From the NCBI GenBank assembly GCA_002269645.1, contig NIVC01002209.1, forward strand, positions 62,001-126,000: DNA of 64,000 nucleotides, read 5' to 3'. Shown here piece by piece: positions 42,436 through 54,254 of this stretch. Made by a program: the position numbers and the translations under genes. The notes under the pieces are model-generated. The model ran no database searches, had not been told where the DNA came from, and worked only from the letters and a program-made list of their open reading frames with translations. Origin of the DNA: Macrostomum lignano (taxonomy: Eukaryota). How positions within the stretch are numbered: the first letter of the stretch is position 1; each line of letters opens with the position of its first letter.

Positions 42436-43364
42436 ATATACTGTTATCGAATTAGCGCCAATGATCAGAACGAAACAACTCGTAAGCAATTCGAATTAAT
42501 CTTACCTGAATAGATAATAATAAACTATATAGTGCAGTTTGTACAGCATCTACTTAAACCTGTACTGGCCTCTTCAAGTCACTATATAGAAACTATTAAG
42601 CAAGGTTAATACGCTTGCAGCAAAGTGAAAGTCGATCCATGAGTGCAGAGAGCTTCAATAGGATTATCGGGAAATGTTTGATGAGGCGTTGACGCTGGCT
42701 GTTTGGCTGCAGGAGGAGCAGGGAAACACGGGAAAGCTGGGGGTTGGAGCAAACATCGGTTGAGCTTCTCAGTCTGTACAACAGGCTTCCATGGCTTAAC
42801 TATGTCTATAGTACGGGCTTTTTAGCTTCGGTTGTCATTGACAACGTATTTTCCATGCTTAAAAGTATGCTGGGGCAAGGTAGACATTACTTGCATACTT
42901 GCATTACTGAATTGCGTTGGGTTGTAGAGTTTTCATTTCAGCCCCGACAGACATTTTTTGAAGCAGAAAGCCAAGCTTGCTGTTTTATCCATTGTCTGCG
43001 TGTCCCCAGCAATTACAAGGCGAATCGTTGAGGTTTTTGTGTGTTCTACAGCAGGCTGAATTCATTTTTATTGAAGAAAAACTATACTTGAAATAGTAAG
43101 CATAATGCTTTATAACTGGCTGTAGGGGTTGTAGAGCATTCAGGACTCCGGCCTTTGGGTCACATGCGGCCCACAAAGCCTCTCTGAGTCTCTACCTGGG
43201 CCCCGGGTCCTTTGAAACTTTACAATAGCAACCCAGTCTGATTAAGATTTGTATCTTCTCAGCCTTCTCTTCTCTCCTCTCCTCTCTTCTCTCCTCCTCT
43301 CCTCTCTCTCATCCTCTCCTCTCCTTTCCTCTCCTTTCCTCTCCTCTCTCTCCTCTCTTCTCCG

Positions 43365-45280
43365 ACATCTCAGAAACTCAACCTCATTGAGCCTTGACAT
43401 CTCAGCAACTCAACCTCATTGAGCCTTGACATCTCAGCAACTCAACCTCATTGAGCCTTGACATCTCAGCAACTCAACCTCATGGAGCCTTGACATCTCA
43501 GCAACTCAACCTCATTGAGCCTTGACATCTCAGCAACTCAACCTCATTGAGCCTTGACATCTCAGCAACTCAACCTCATTGAGCCTTGACATCTCAGCAA
43601 CTCAACCTCATTGAGCCTTGACATCTCAGCAACTCAACCTCATGGAACCTTGACATCTCAGCAACTCAACCTCATGGAGCCTTGACATCTCAGCAACTCA
43701 ACCTCATGGAGCCTTGACATCTCAGCAACTCAACCTCATGGAGCCTTGACATCTCAGCAACTCAACCTCATTGAGCCTTGACATCTCAGCAACTCAACCT
43801 CATTGAGCCTTGACATCTCAGCAACTCAACCTCATTGAGCCTTGACATCTCAGCAACTCAACCTCATGGAGCCTTGACATCTCAGCAACTCAACCTCATT
43901 GAGCCTTGACATCTCAGCAACTCAACCTCATTGAGCCTTGACATCTCAGCAACTCAACCTCATGGAGCCTTGACATCTCAGCAACTCAACCTCATTGAGC
44001 CTTGACATCTCAGCAACTCAACCTCATGGAGCCTTGACATCTCAGCAACTCAACCTCATTGAGCCTTGACATCTCAGCAACTCAACCTCATTGAGCCTTG
44101 ACATCTCAGCAACTCAACCTCATGGAGCCTTGACATCTCAGCAACTCAACCTCATTGAGCCTTGACATCTCAGCAACTCAACCTCATTGAGCCTTGACAT
44201 CTCAGCAACTCAACCTCATTGAGCCTTGACATCTCAGCAACTCAACCTCATTGAGCCTTGACATCTCAGCAACTCAACCTCATGGAACCTTGACATCTCA
44301 GCAACTCAACCTCATTGAGCCTTGACATCTCAGCAACTCAACCTCATTGAGCCTTGACATCTCAGCAACTCAACCTCATGGAGCCTTGACATCTCAGCAA
44401 CTCAACCTCATTGAGCCTTGACATCTCAGCAACTCAACCTCATGGAGCCTTGACATCTCAGCAACTCAACCTCATTGAGCCTTGACATCTCAGCAACTCA
44501 ACCTCATTGAGCCTTGACATCTCAGCAACTCAACCTCATTGAGCCTTGACATCTCAGCAACTCAACCTCATTGAGCCTTGACATCTCAGCAACTCAACCT
44601 CATTGAGCCTTGACATCTCAGCAACTCAACCTCATTGAGCCTTGACATCTCAGCAACTCAACCTCATTGAGCCTTGACATCTCAGCAACTCAACCTCATG
44701 GAACCTTGACATCTCAGCAACTCAACCTCATTGAGCCTTGACATCTCAGCAACTCAACCTCATTGAGCCTTGACATCTCAGCAACTCAACCTCATGGAGC
44801 CTTGACATCTCAGCAACTCAACCTCATTGAGCCTTGACATCTCAGCAACTCAACCTCATGGAGCCTTGACATCTCAGCAACTCAACCTCATTGAGCCTTG
44901 ACATCTCAGCAACTCAACCTCATTGAGCCTTGACATCTCAGCAACTCAACCTCATTGAGCCTTGACATCTCAGCAACTCAACCTCATTGAGCCTTGACAT
45001 CTCAGCAACTCAACCTCATTGAGCCTTGACATCTCAGCAACTCAACCTCATTGAGCCTTGACATCTCAGCAACTCAACCTCATTGAGCCTTGACATCTCA
45101 GCAACTCAACCTCATTGAGCCTTGACATCTCAGCAACTCAACCTCATGGAGCCTTGACATCTCAGCAACTCAACCTCATGGAGCCTTGACATCTCAGCAA
45201 CTCAACCTCATTGAGCCTTGACATCTCAGCAACTCAACCTCATTGAGCCTTGACATCTCAGCAACTCAACCTCATTGAGC
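43365..45280. repeat. 32-bp satellite (GAGCCTTGACATCTCAGCAACTCAACCTCATk)n
   Basis: About 60 almost invariant units, embedded in a CT-rich tract (43260-43365 and 45280-45540). Confidence 0.98.
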
Positions 45281-45769
45281 CCTCTCCTCTCCTCTCCTCA
45301 TCTCTTCTCTCATCTCCTCTCCTCTCTCTTCTTTCCTTTCCTCTCATCTCCTCTCTTCTCCTCTCATCTCCTCTCCTCTCTCCTCTCTTCTTGTCTCTAC
45401 TCTCTTCTCCTCTACTCTCTTAGCCTTCCCTCCTCTCCTCTCCTCCTCTTTTCTCCTATCCTCTCCTCTTCTCTCCTTTCCTCTCGTCTACTCTTTTCGC
45501 CTCTCCTCTCCTCTCCTCTCCTCTCTCTCATCCTCTAGCCCGCAGTCATGCGCTGTTGTTGACTATACGCTCGTACGCGAGTATACGAAACATTTAATGC
45601 CTTCTCAGCCAAGATAAAGGAAGTTGCAGTCACCAAATCTTGTACAACTACGCTCTCTTGTCTTATCTGATAAATGACAGGCACTGTATTTAATGTAGGC
45701 CAGCACATGCCAACCTGCTCGCCTGCCTGACTAACGGTTTCAGGGCTGATTCAAGCTGAGCTACAAAAA

Positions 45770-47765
45770 ATGTCTTCAAACTACACAGTGAACTGTCTGT
45801 TGGACTCTGTAGCCAAAACCTGCGGCGAAGGTCCCTTCTGGGAGCCGGTCACCAAGACTCTGTACTTTGTTAGCATCGCTGATGGCGAGGTGCACCTGTG
45901 GAGTGAGCCGAATAATTATCACAGCACCATCCAGGTGAGCGGAGCAAAGACCAGCCCAGCGTAAATTGCCTGGGCGCTGCGTCGTTGTGGCGGACAATGT
46001 CCCCGAAGGCGTTGCACCAGGGTGTCCATACAGCCCTTCCTGAGAATATCTATTTCTTATTTTCCAGGTGGGTGAACAGCCTGGCAATTTCGTCAGCTTT
46101 GTCATCCCGTGCCAGAGTGGCGGCTTCCTAGCCGGAATTAACAAGAGCATCGTGCACTGCGACTGGCAGGCTGGAGAGCTGAAACGTCGAGTGCTGCACA
46201 AAGTAGATCCTCAGGAGCCTATTAGGTGACTATTAACACTAGTTTAACTCAGAAATGTAATATGCACATTCTATGTCCATAAACCAATCAATAAGTGACG
46301 AAATCGTTAGCGAATATACGCTTACTATTTTAATCATATTAATGCTCCGATAACGTCATCACAGTACAGAGTCAAAAACTTCAGTATTTGCTGACGAAAC
46401 TTCCGCAGATTCAACGACGCCAAATGCGACCCGGCCGGACGCCTCCTGGCCGGCACGATGAGCCTGGAAAAAGAGGCTGGCTTAGTGATGAAGCCCGGTG
46501 CTGGCAGCCTGTTCGGCCTTGACCTGGACGGCTCCATCAAGACGCTGGACACAGGATTCTCCCTTAGCAACGGCTTGGGCTGGCATGGCAACACGTTCTA
46601 CTTCACCGACTCAGTCGCTCGAGTCATCTACGCCTACGACTGGGACGCTGAGGCGTTCAGCATCTCGAATCGGCGAGTTGCCATCGACTTCTCGAAGCTG
46701 CCCGAGCAGGAGAAGCTCGGCGTGCCGGACGGTCTGGCTGTGGACGCAGATGGGCGGCTGTGGGTGGCCTGCTTCTTCGGCTCGCGGGTTCTGTGCCTGG
46801 ACCCGCAGAGTGGGCAGGTGGTCAGCCAGATCCCCATGCCTGTGCCCAACGTGACCTCCTGCTGCTTTGGGTCGGACGGAGAGCTGTTTGTGACCACCGC
46901 CAACCACTGGGGTGTGCGCGAGGGAGAGCAGCCGCCTCCGCAGGTGGGTTAATTCGTGTATTTGCGGCTTTTGCGTCCCTTCATGTGTGTTATATTCGAC
47001 GTGTCTTTCTTGAGGTGTCTATCGAGGTGTGTCATTTTTGAGTTGTGTCTGTGTCTGTGGAGGAGTGCCTTTGTCGAGGAGTCTCTTTGTCGAGGAGTGT
47101 CTTTGTCGAGAAGTGTCTTTGTCGAGGAGTGTCTTTGTCGAGGAGTGTCTTTGTCGAGGAGTGTCTTTGTCAAGGAGTGTCTATGGAGGATTTTTTTGTC
47201 GAGGAGTGTCTTTGTGGAGGAGTGTCTATGTCACGGTCACGGTGTCTATCAAGGAGTGTCTTTGTCACGGTGTCTATCAAGGGTGTCTTTGTCATGGTGT
47301 CTATCAAGGAGTATCTTTGTCGAGGGTGTCTATCGAGGAGTATCTTTGTCGTGGTGTCCATTGAGAAATGTCTTTATCGAGATGTGTGTTTGCCAAGGCT
47401 TGTCTTGTCGAAGAATGTCTTTGTCGAGGTGGATCTGTGTCGAGGAGTGTCTTTGTTACGGTCTGTCTTTGCTACGGTGTATTTTTATCTAGGCGTGTCT
47501 TTGTCGATGAGTGCCATTCTCTAGGTGTGTCTTTGTGTGTAAAATTAAGATTTAAAGGTTGTCTTAAAGGATTAAAAGGGTTAAACGAAATAATCCGAAG
47601 ACACCACTCACTGACAAGTTGAGTACTGGCTGGTCGCATGTCAAACGTGAAGCTCCGCCGTCCCACCCGCAGGCCGGCAGCGTCTTCCGCGTGACCGGAC
47701 TGGACGGAATTCGCGGAACGCCCAGCGTGATGTACAAAGGCAGCCTGCCCCCCATTAGCGATTAA
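45770..47765 (+). CDS. RGN: Regucalcin/SMP-30 gluconolactonase family, copy 1 (4 exons: 45770-45934, 46068-46225, 46409-46943, 47673-47765)
   Basis: GEGPFW, RFNDAKCDPAGRLLAGTM, SNGLGW, PDGLAVDADGRLWVA, PVPNVTSCCFG. All junctions are GT-AG and in phase. Confidence 0.93.
47000..47545. repeat. 16-18-bp degenerate minisatellite (TGTCTTTGTCGAGGAG)n in the last intron of copy 1
   Basis: Tandem degenerate units. Confidence 0.88.
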
Positions 47766-48227
47766 CTGCTGCTAGAATTGTCCCTCTTAGACTACTACTG
47801 ATGAACATAATAATTACGAGCATAAACAATAAGTAGTGCGTATTTTATGCCAAAAACTTGGATTTTTTATAACTTCACAGTCAAGTCATGCAAATATAGC
47901 CTAATGCTTTGTGATTTTCTCATTTTTATAGGAAAACCATGTTTATTCTATGTTTAGTGTTTCTGTTTTGAGTTGAATTCAACCAGGAAATTATTGATCG
48001 GTGAAGATCAACTTATTATTGAATTGGATGCAAGTTCAATATATATCTGTTGAGAAATGCACAATAAGCGCGTCTTTAACTGTGTTACCTTTCAAGACAA
48101 CATTTATTAATACTTTTAGCATATTTAGATTATTTGTGTCCTTAATAAATACTTAAAGTACTAGTTTAAAGAAGTCTACCAGAATTGTGTCTAGTCAGGG
48201 GATCCTTTTTGACTTTTGACTACGGTT

Positions 48228-48505
48228 TATGTTAGGGTTTAGCTTAGATTAGGGTTTTATGTTCAGGTTAGGTTTTCCATTTAGGTTACGGTTTAGGTTG
48301 GGGTTTAGGGTTTAGGTTTATGGTTTAGGTCAGGGTTTAGGGTTAGGGTTTAGGGTTTTGGTTAGAGTTTATAATTTAGGTTGTGGTTTAGGGTTAGGGT
48401 TTAGGGTTTTGTTTAGAGTTTATAATTTAGGTTGTGGTTTAGGGTTCAGGTTAGGGTTTATGGTTTATGGTTTAGGTAAGTTAGGGTTTATGGTTTAGGT
48501 TTAGG
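48228..48505 (+). repeat. Degenerate interstitial telomere-like repeat (TTAGGG/TTTAGGG/TTTAGG)
   Basis: About a dozen exact TTAGGG plus variants, with the G-rich strand on +. Confidence 0.8.
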
Positions 48506-48939
48506 ACTCTCTGTATAAGCTCGTACTAATATCCACTAGCTGTGCAACAACTGACACAATTTTCCAATAATCTGTAATCAACGACTTGTTTTGATCAGTT
48601 CAAGTACTTCGCAGATCAAATTGTTTTTGACGCGCAGTGAAAATTTTTTGAGAATTTAACGCATTACTAAAACCATGAAAAAGCAACTTTATGAAATTGT
48701 ACTGTGGAATAGCAGCTGTTTGTTATAATGATAATTTTTGCAGGACCGCTGTGGCATCCTGCATATGCTTTCCGCGACATCGTCCCTCAGCCAGTCCGCT
48801 CACTTCTGACCTCATGAGTACAAGCTCACCAATATTGTACAGGCACGCACTCATAAACACGCTCACACGGTGTGTACAGTGGCGCTGATTTTCTAATCTT
48901 CAGACATGTACACTCTGTGCTTTGGCTGGGATGTGGGTT

Positions 48940-49312
48940 GTTTTTTATTTTTATTAGAGGCAAGGGCAGTGTGCACCCTGGCGCACTTCAAGCGACATTG
49001 TCGCACAACCGGCGAGAGGCATTACTGCCCATTCCGCCGACTCCCCTGAGCAGGCACACAAGCGCGCCAATACGAACGCAGTCATACGCACAGGCACACA
49101 CTCACACAGGAGTTTACAGCGGCCCTGACTTTATTTATCGTTAGGCATGTACACTTCACTGTGCCTTGGGGGGTTGGCCCTCAAGGCCGTTAATTGCACG
49201 AGCAGAGCCAAGCCGAGATTCCAATTAGCCCCAAATGAATGTGACTGCACTTGGAATCGAGCCTGGGCCGCTGGCACATCAATGCGCCGCGCCAGACCAC
49301 TTGGCTACAGCC
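48940..49312 (-). mobile_element. tRNA-derived SINE, apparently full length
   Basis: The minus-strand head GGCTGTAGCCAAGTGG (A box)...GGCTCGATTCC (B box)...TGCAGTC can form an acceptor stem. The body is shared with 52279-52605 and 5091-5232, and there is an A-rich tail near 48940-48958. Confidence 0.82.
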
Positions 49313-49737
49313 TAAGGGTATAAGGGTGTCTGAAAGTCAAAATAATGAAACTTCAACCAAGCAGCAGGAACCCTGTTTTGCATACCTTTGTGTAAAATAA
49401 TTTTCGAAGCCAAGCTTTATCTGCATTTTTGTCTCCAGGGTCCTAAGCATGTCTCAGATTTGGTTTTATCTGCATTTTTGTCTCCAGGGTGCTAAGCATG
49501 TCGCAGATTTGGTTTTATCTGCATTTTCGCGTCGCAGTTAAAGTCGCAGATTTAGCCACCACACCTATGAAAGCTAGTTGAGTCTTAAAGCCTTATCTAA
49601 TCTGACTGAACAAGCGTTTCTATATGGGACTGTCTTGCAGACATTTTTCTCTCTATAAATTAATTCTTCATTGAATAGTAGTCGTGGTTCCATTAGCCAG
49701 CTATAGAGCTGATCAGGGCTTACTAAAGGTCATAAAA

Positions 49738-51395
49738 ATGCCTTCAAACTACACAGTAAACTGTTTGTTGGACTCTGTAGCCAAAACCGTAGGCGAAGGT
49801 CCCTTCTGGGAGCCCGTCACCAAGACTCTGTACTTTGTTAGCGCCTTTGACGGCGCAGTTCACCTGTGGAGTGAGCCGAATAATTACCACAGCACCATCC
49901 AGGTGACCGAAAAGCAGGGCAGCTGTGTCAGCTTCGTCATCCCCTGTCAGAGTGGTGGTTTCCTAGCTGGCATCAACAACACCATCGTGCACTGCGACTG
50001 GCAGGCTGGAGAGCTGAAACGTCGAGTGCTGCGCGAAGTAGATCCTCAGGAGCCAATCAGGTGTGAATTACGAGCTAAATTGCGAATGAGCGAAAGCTTC
50101 ATTGATGATTCACTGATATAACCATTGCTCAGATTCAACGATGCCAAATGCGATCCGGCTGGCCGCCTCCTGGCCGGCACGATGAGCTGGGAGAAGGAGG
50201 CCGCCGTGTTGATGAAGCCTGAAGCTGGCAGCCTGTTCGGCCTTGACCTGGACGGCTCCATCAAGAGACTGGACACGGGATTTTCAATCAGCAACGGCTT
50301 AGGCTGGCATGGCAACACGTTCTACTTCACCGACTCGCTCGCTCGAGTCATCTACGCCTACGACTGGGACGCTGAAGGGTTCAGCATCTCGAATCGGCGA
50401 GTTGCCATCGACTTCTCGAAGCTGCCCGAGCAGGAGAAGCTGGGGCTGCCGGACGGTCTGGCTGTGGACGCAGATGGGCGGCTGTGGGTGGCCTGCTTCT
50501 TCGGCTCGCGGGTTCTGTGCCTGGACCCGCAGAGTGGGCAGGTGGTCAGCCAGATCCCCATGCCTGTGCCCAACGTGACCTCCTGCTGCTTTGGGTCGGA
50601 CGGAGAGCTGTTTGTGACCACCGCCAACCACTGGGGTGTGCGCGAGGGAGAGCAGCCGCCTCCGCAGGTGCGTGTTGTGGTTTTTACATGAAATCGATTG
50701 TGGGTTTGGGTTTGTTGTGTGGGTGCGTTCGTATGGTTCGGTTAGTTATCTGTGTTTTTTGGATATGGGTTGTTTGGTCTTTGTTCAGTTTGTCTCTGTT
50801 GAGCTTGTGTTGTGCTTTGTTGAGTTTGTGTCTTTGTTGAGCTTGTGTCTGATGAGCTTGTGTCTGATGAGCTTGTGTCTGATCAGCTTGTGTCTGATGA
50901 GCTTGTGTCTTTGTTGAGCTTGTGTCTTTGTTGAGCTTGTGTCTGATGAGCTTGTGTCTGTTGAGCTTGTGTCTTTGTTGAGCTTGTGTCTGTTGAGCTT
51001 GTGTCTTTGTTGAGCTTGTGTCTGTTGAGCTTGTGTCTTTGTTGAGCTTGTGTCTGATGAGCTTGTGTCTTTGTTGAGCTTGTGTCTGATGAGCTTGTGT
51101 CTGTTGAGCTTGTGTCTTTGTTGAGCTTGTGTCTGATGAGCTTGTGTCTGATGAGCTTGTGTCTGATGAGCTTGTGTCTGATGAGCTTGTGTCTGATGAG
51201 CTTGTGTCTGATGAGCTTGTGTCTTTGTGACTCCCTCAGTCCGGGTTTAATATTCTGTGTTCGAAGTGTCGACTGCTCTGCTGCTCCGCCGTCCACCCGC
51301 AGGCCGGCAGCGTCTTCCGCGTGACCGGACTGGACGGAATTCGCGGAACGCCCAGCGTGATGTACAAAGGCAGCCTGCCCCCCATCAGCGATTAA
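49738..51395 (+). CDS. RGN: Regucalcin/SMP-30 family, copy 2 (3 exons: 49738-50060, 50133-50667, 51303-51395)
   Basis: Same motifs as copy 1, a 72-nt first intron and in-phase junctions. Confidence 0.93.
50780..51230. repeat. 15-17-bp minisatellite (TGTCTGATGAGCTTG / TGTCTTTGTTGAGCTTG)n in the last intron of copy 2
   Basis: Two alternating unit types. Confidence 0.92.
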
Positions 51396-51940
51396 CTGCA
51401 CCGCTAGAATTGTCCCTCTTAGACTACTACTGATAAACAATATATTTATAAGTAGGAAGTTTTGCATATTTAACGATTTACCAAATATCTTTATGTATTT
51501 ACAAGGCAGTCCTTATTTGTTATGATTGGATTAAAGCGTATGAAATGTATAAAATAGTGAACCATTTTCTACGCCACTAAAAATCGCTTGCTAATAAGCA
51601 AAATAACAATTTTAATAATCGAATTAATGCAGTTTTTGAAAAAATCTAATTTTACATGCATTGTTAAATTGCTAGTAGTCTGTAAGTTCCTTATGAAGAA
51701 TTTAAAACTGTTTTTTATAACTTTTAGTAGTTTCTTCCAAGGTCAGCATCAGCTTCAGAGGACCAACAACCCGTGATCTTAAATCACCATATATTGTTTA
51801 GTGTCACGGTTATTCTCTGCTCTAAAGTCTTATGTTAACTAGAAATGCGTTTTTTGAACCTCTAGATTGTTAATCCGCTGCCAAGTTGGTCAAAAATGAT
51901 AAATTCGAAACCATTTCAGAGCTCAACATAAGCTATAAAA

Positions 51941-53933
51941 ATGTCTTCAAACTACACAGTGAACTGTCTGTTGGACTCCGTAGCCAAATCCCTAAGCGAA
52001 GGTCCATTCTGGGAGCCGGTCACCAAGACTTTGTACTTCGTCAGCATCTTCGAAGGCGAGGTGCACCTGTGGAATGAGCCGAATAATTATCACAGCACTG
52101 TCAAGGTGAGCGAGCAGCCTGTGAGCTTCGTCATCCCGTGTCAGAGTGGCGGCTTTCTAGCTGGGGCCAGCAAGAGCATCGTGCATTGCGACTGGCAGGC
52201 TGGAGAGCTGAAGCGTCGAGTGCTGCACGAAGTAGATCCCGGACTGTCGAACAGGTGGGTTGGCAGTGTGAGAGCGATGTAGCCTAGTGGTCCAATGCGG
52301 CGCTCTGGTGTGCCAGCGGCCCAGGCTCGATTCTAAGTGCAGTCACATTAATTTGGGGCTGAATTGGAATTTCGGCCTGGCTCTGCTCGTGCAATTAATG
52401 CCCAGCTTGAGGGCCAACCCCCAAGGCACAGTGAAGTGTACATGCCTAACGATAAATAAAGTCAGGGCCGCTGTACACTCCTGTGTGAGTGTGTGCCTGT
52501 GCGTATGACTGCGTACTGCGCGCTTGTGTGCCTGCTCAGGGGAGTCGGCGGAATGGGCAGCAATGCCTCTCACGCATTGTGTGACAATGTCGCTAGAAGT
52601 ACGCCATCAAGACCGGTTCTCCACCAAGCGTCAATCCAATAGTTACGTTCGTTAAGCCACTAATTAAAGTTCGACTAACTGCTTTCGAGCAGCACAAACG
52701 TTTCTCAAAAAGCCCGACGGGTCTTTTTAGCTAGTAGGTGCCCTGATTAGTTTACGACGACGTTAAAGACGTAGGATGACGTCATGATGAGGCATCAAAG
52801 AGCTGTGATTAACTGACGAAACTTCCGCAGGTTCAACGACGCCAAATGCGACCCAGCCGGACGCCTCCTGGCCGGCACGATGAGCCTGGAGACGAACGCT
52901 GGCGCCATTATGAAACCGAACGCTGGCAGCCTGTTCGGCCTTGACTTGGGTGGCTCCATCAAGACGATGGAGACGGGAGTTTCACTTAGCAACGGCTTGG
53001 GCTGGCATGGCAACACGTTCTACTTCACCGACTCACCCGTCCGAACCATCTACGCTTATGACTGGGACGCTGAGGGGTTCAGCATCTCGAATCGGCGAGT
53101 TGCTATCGATTTCTCAAAGCTGCCCGAGCAGGAGAAGCTCGGGTTTCCGGACGGTCTGGCTGTGGATGCAGATGGGCGGCTGTGGGTGGCCTGCTTTTAC
53201 GGCTCGCGGGTTCTGTGCCTGGACCCGCAGAGTGGCCAGGTGGTCAGCCAGATCCCCATGCCTGTGCCCAACGTGACGTCTTGCTGCTTCGGGTCGGACG
53301 GAGAGCTGTTTGTGACCACCGCCAACCAATGGGGTGTGCGCGATGGAGAGCAGCCGCCTCCGCAGGTGCGTGTTGTGGTTTTTACATGAAATCGATTGTG
53401 TGACGGGCTCTGGGTGGGTTTGAATGGTTTTCTTGGTTCCCTGTGTTCTTTTTTGATATGTGTGTGTTTGTTGAGTTTGTGTCTTTGTTGAGCTTGTGTC
53501 GATCTTTGTTGAGCTTGTGTCGATCTTTGTTGAGCTTGTGTCTTTGTTGAGCTTGTGTCTTTGTTGAGCTTGTGTCTTTGTTGAGCTTGTGTCTTTGTTG
53601 AGCTTGTGTCTTTGTTGAGCTTGTGTCTTTGTTGAGCTTGTGTCTTTGTTGAGCTTGTGTCTTTGTTGAGCTTGTGTCTTTGTTGAGCTTGTGTCTTTGT
53701 TGAGCTTGTGTCTTTGTTGAGCTTATGTCGATCTTTGTTCAGCTTGCGTCTTTGTTGAGCTTGTGTCTTTGTTAAGCTTGTCTCTTTGTTGAGCTTGTGT
53801 CTTTGTTAAGCTTGTGTGAAGCTTCACCGTCCACCCGCAGGCCGGCAGCATTTTTCGCGTGACCGGACTCGACGGAATTCGCGGAACGCCTAGCGTGATG
53901 TACAAAGGCAGCCTGCCCCCCATCAGCGATTAA
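51941..53933 (+). CDS. RGN: Regucalcin/SMP-30 family, copy 3 (3 exons: 51941-52254, 52831-53365, 53841-53933)
   Basis: Same motifs and in-phase GT-AG junctions. Confidence 0.93.
52279..52605 (+). mobile_element. tRNA-derived SINE in intron 1 of regucalcin copy 3
   Basis: A box TAGCCTAGTGG, B box GGCTCGATTC, body matching the copy at 48940-49312. Confidence 0.82.
53465..53820. repeat. 17-bp minisatellite (TGTCTTTGTTGAGCTTG)n in the last intron of copy 3
   Basis: About 20 units. Confidence 0.93.
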
Positions 53934-54254
53934 CTGCCGCTTGAAATGTCCCTCTTTGACTACTAGTAATCATGTATGTAGTGCATATATTGTGCCAAAA
54001 ATTTATTTCTTCTAAAATTCCATACGTCTTGTTTAACGCACTCTGGTTTTGTTTCCATAGCGACGATCAACCACTTAAAAAATAAAATTCAGTATGTCTG
54101 CTCTGCGCTGCCACTAGGTGTAGCTTTGATAAAATATTTCAATTTTTTTGTGACTGCTTTTTTGTATAGATGATTTCTAATTGAAAAATCCAGTAAAGAC
54201 AATAGTTAAAAGCTAAAAGCTAAAATGTGAGGTGTGAGATTTTTCGCTTGGAGA

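Noticed and set aside
42540-43200. Possible coding or hAT-Charlie remnant
   Set aside because: Only a weak terminal-like motif near 43140-43175 and no recognisable protein motif.
43365-45280. CRISPR-like 32-bp repeat array
   Set aside because: The units are directly tandem with no spacers, there are no cas genes and the context is eukaryotic. The same applies to the 23-, 25- and 28-bp arrays.
49240-49312. tRNA gene
   Set aside because: The T-arm and anticodon arm are degenerate and the sequence continues into a repeated body, so it is a SINE head.
50850-51230. Repeated CTGATGAG resembling hammerhead cores
   Set aside because: No stem II or GAAA follows. It is simply part of the minisatellite unit.
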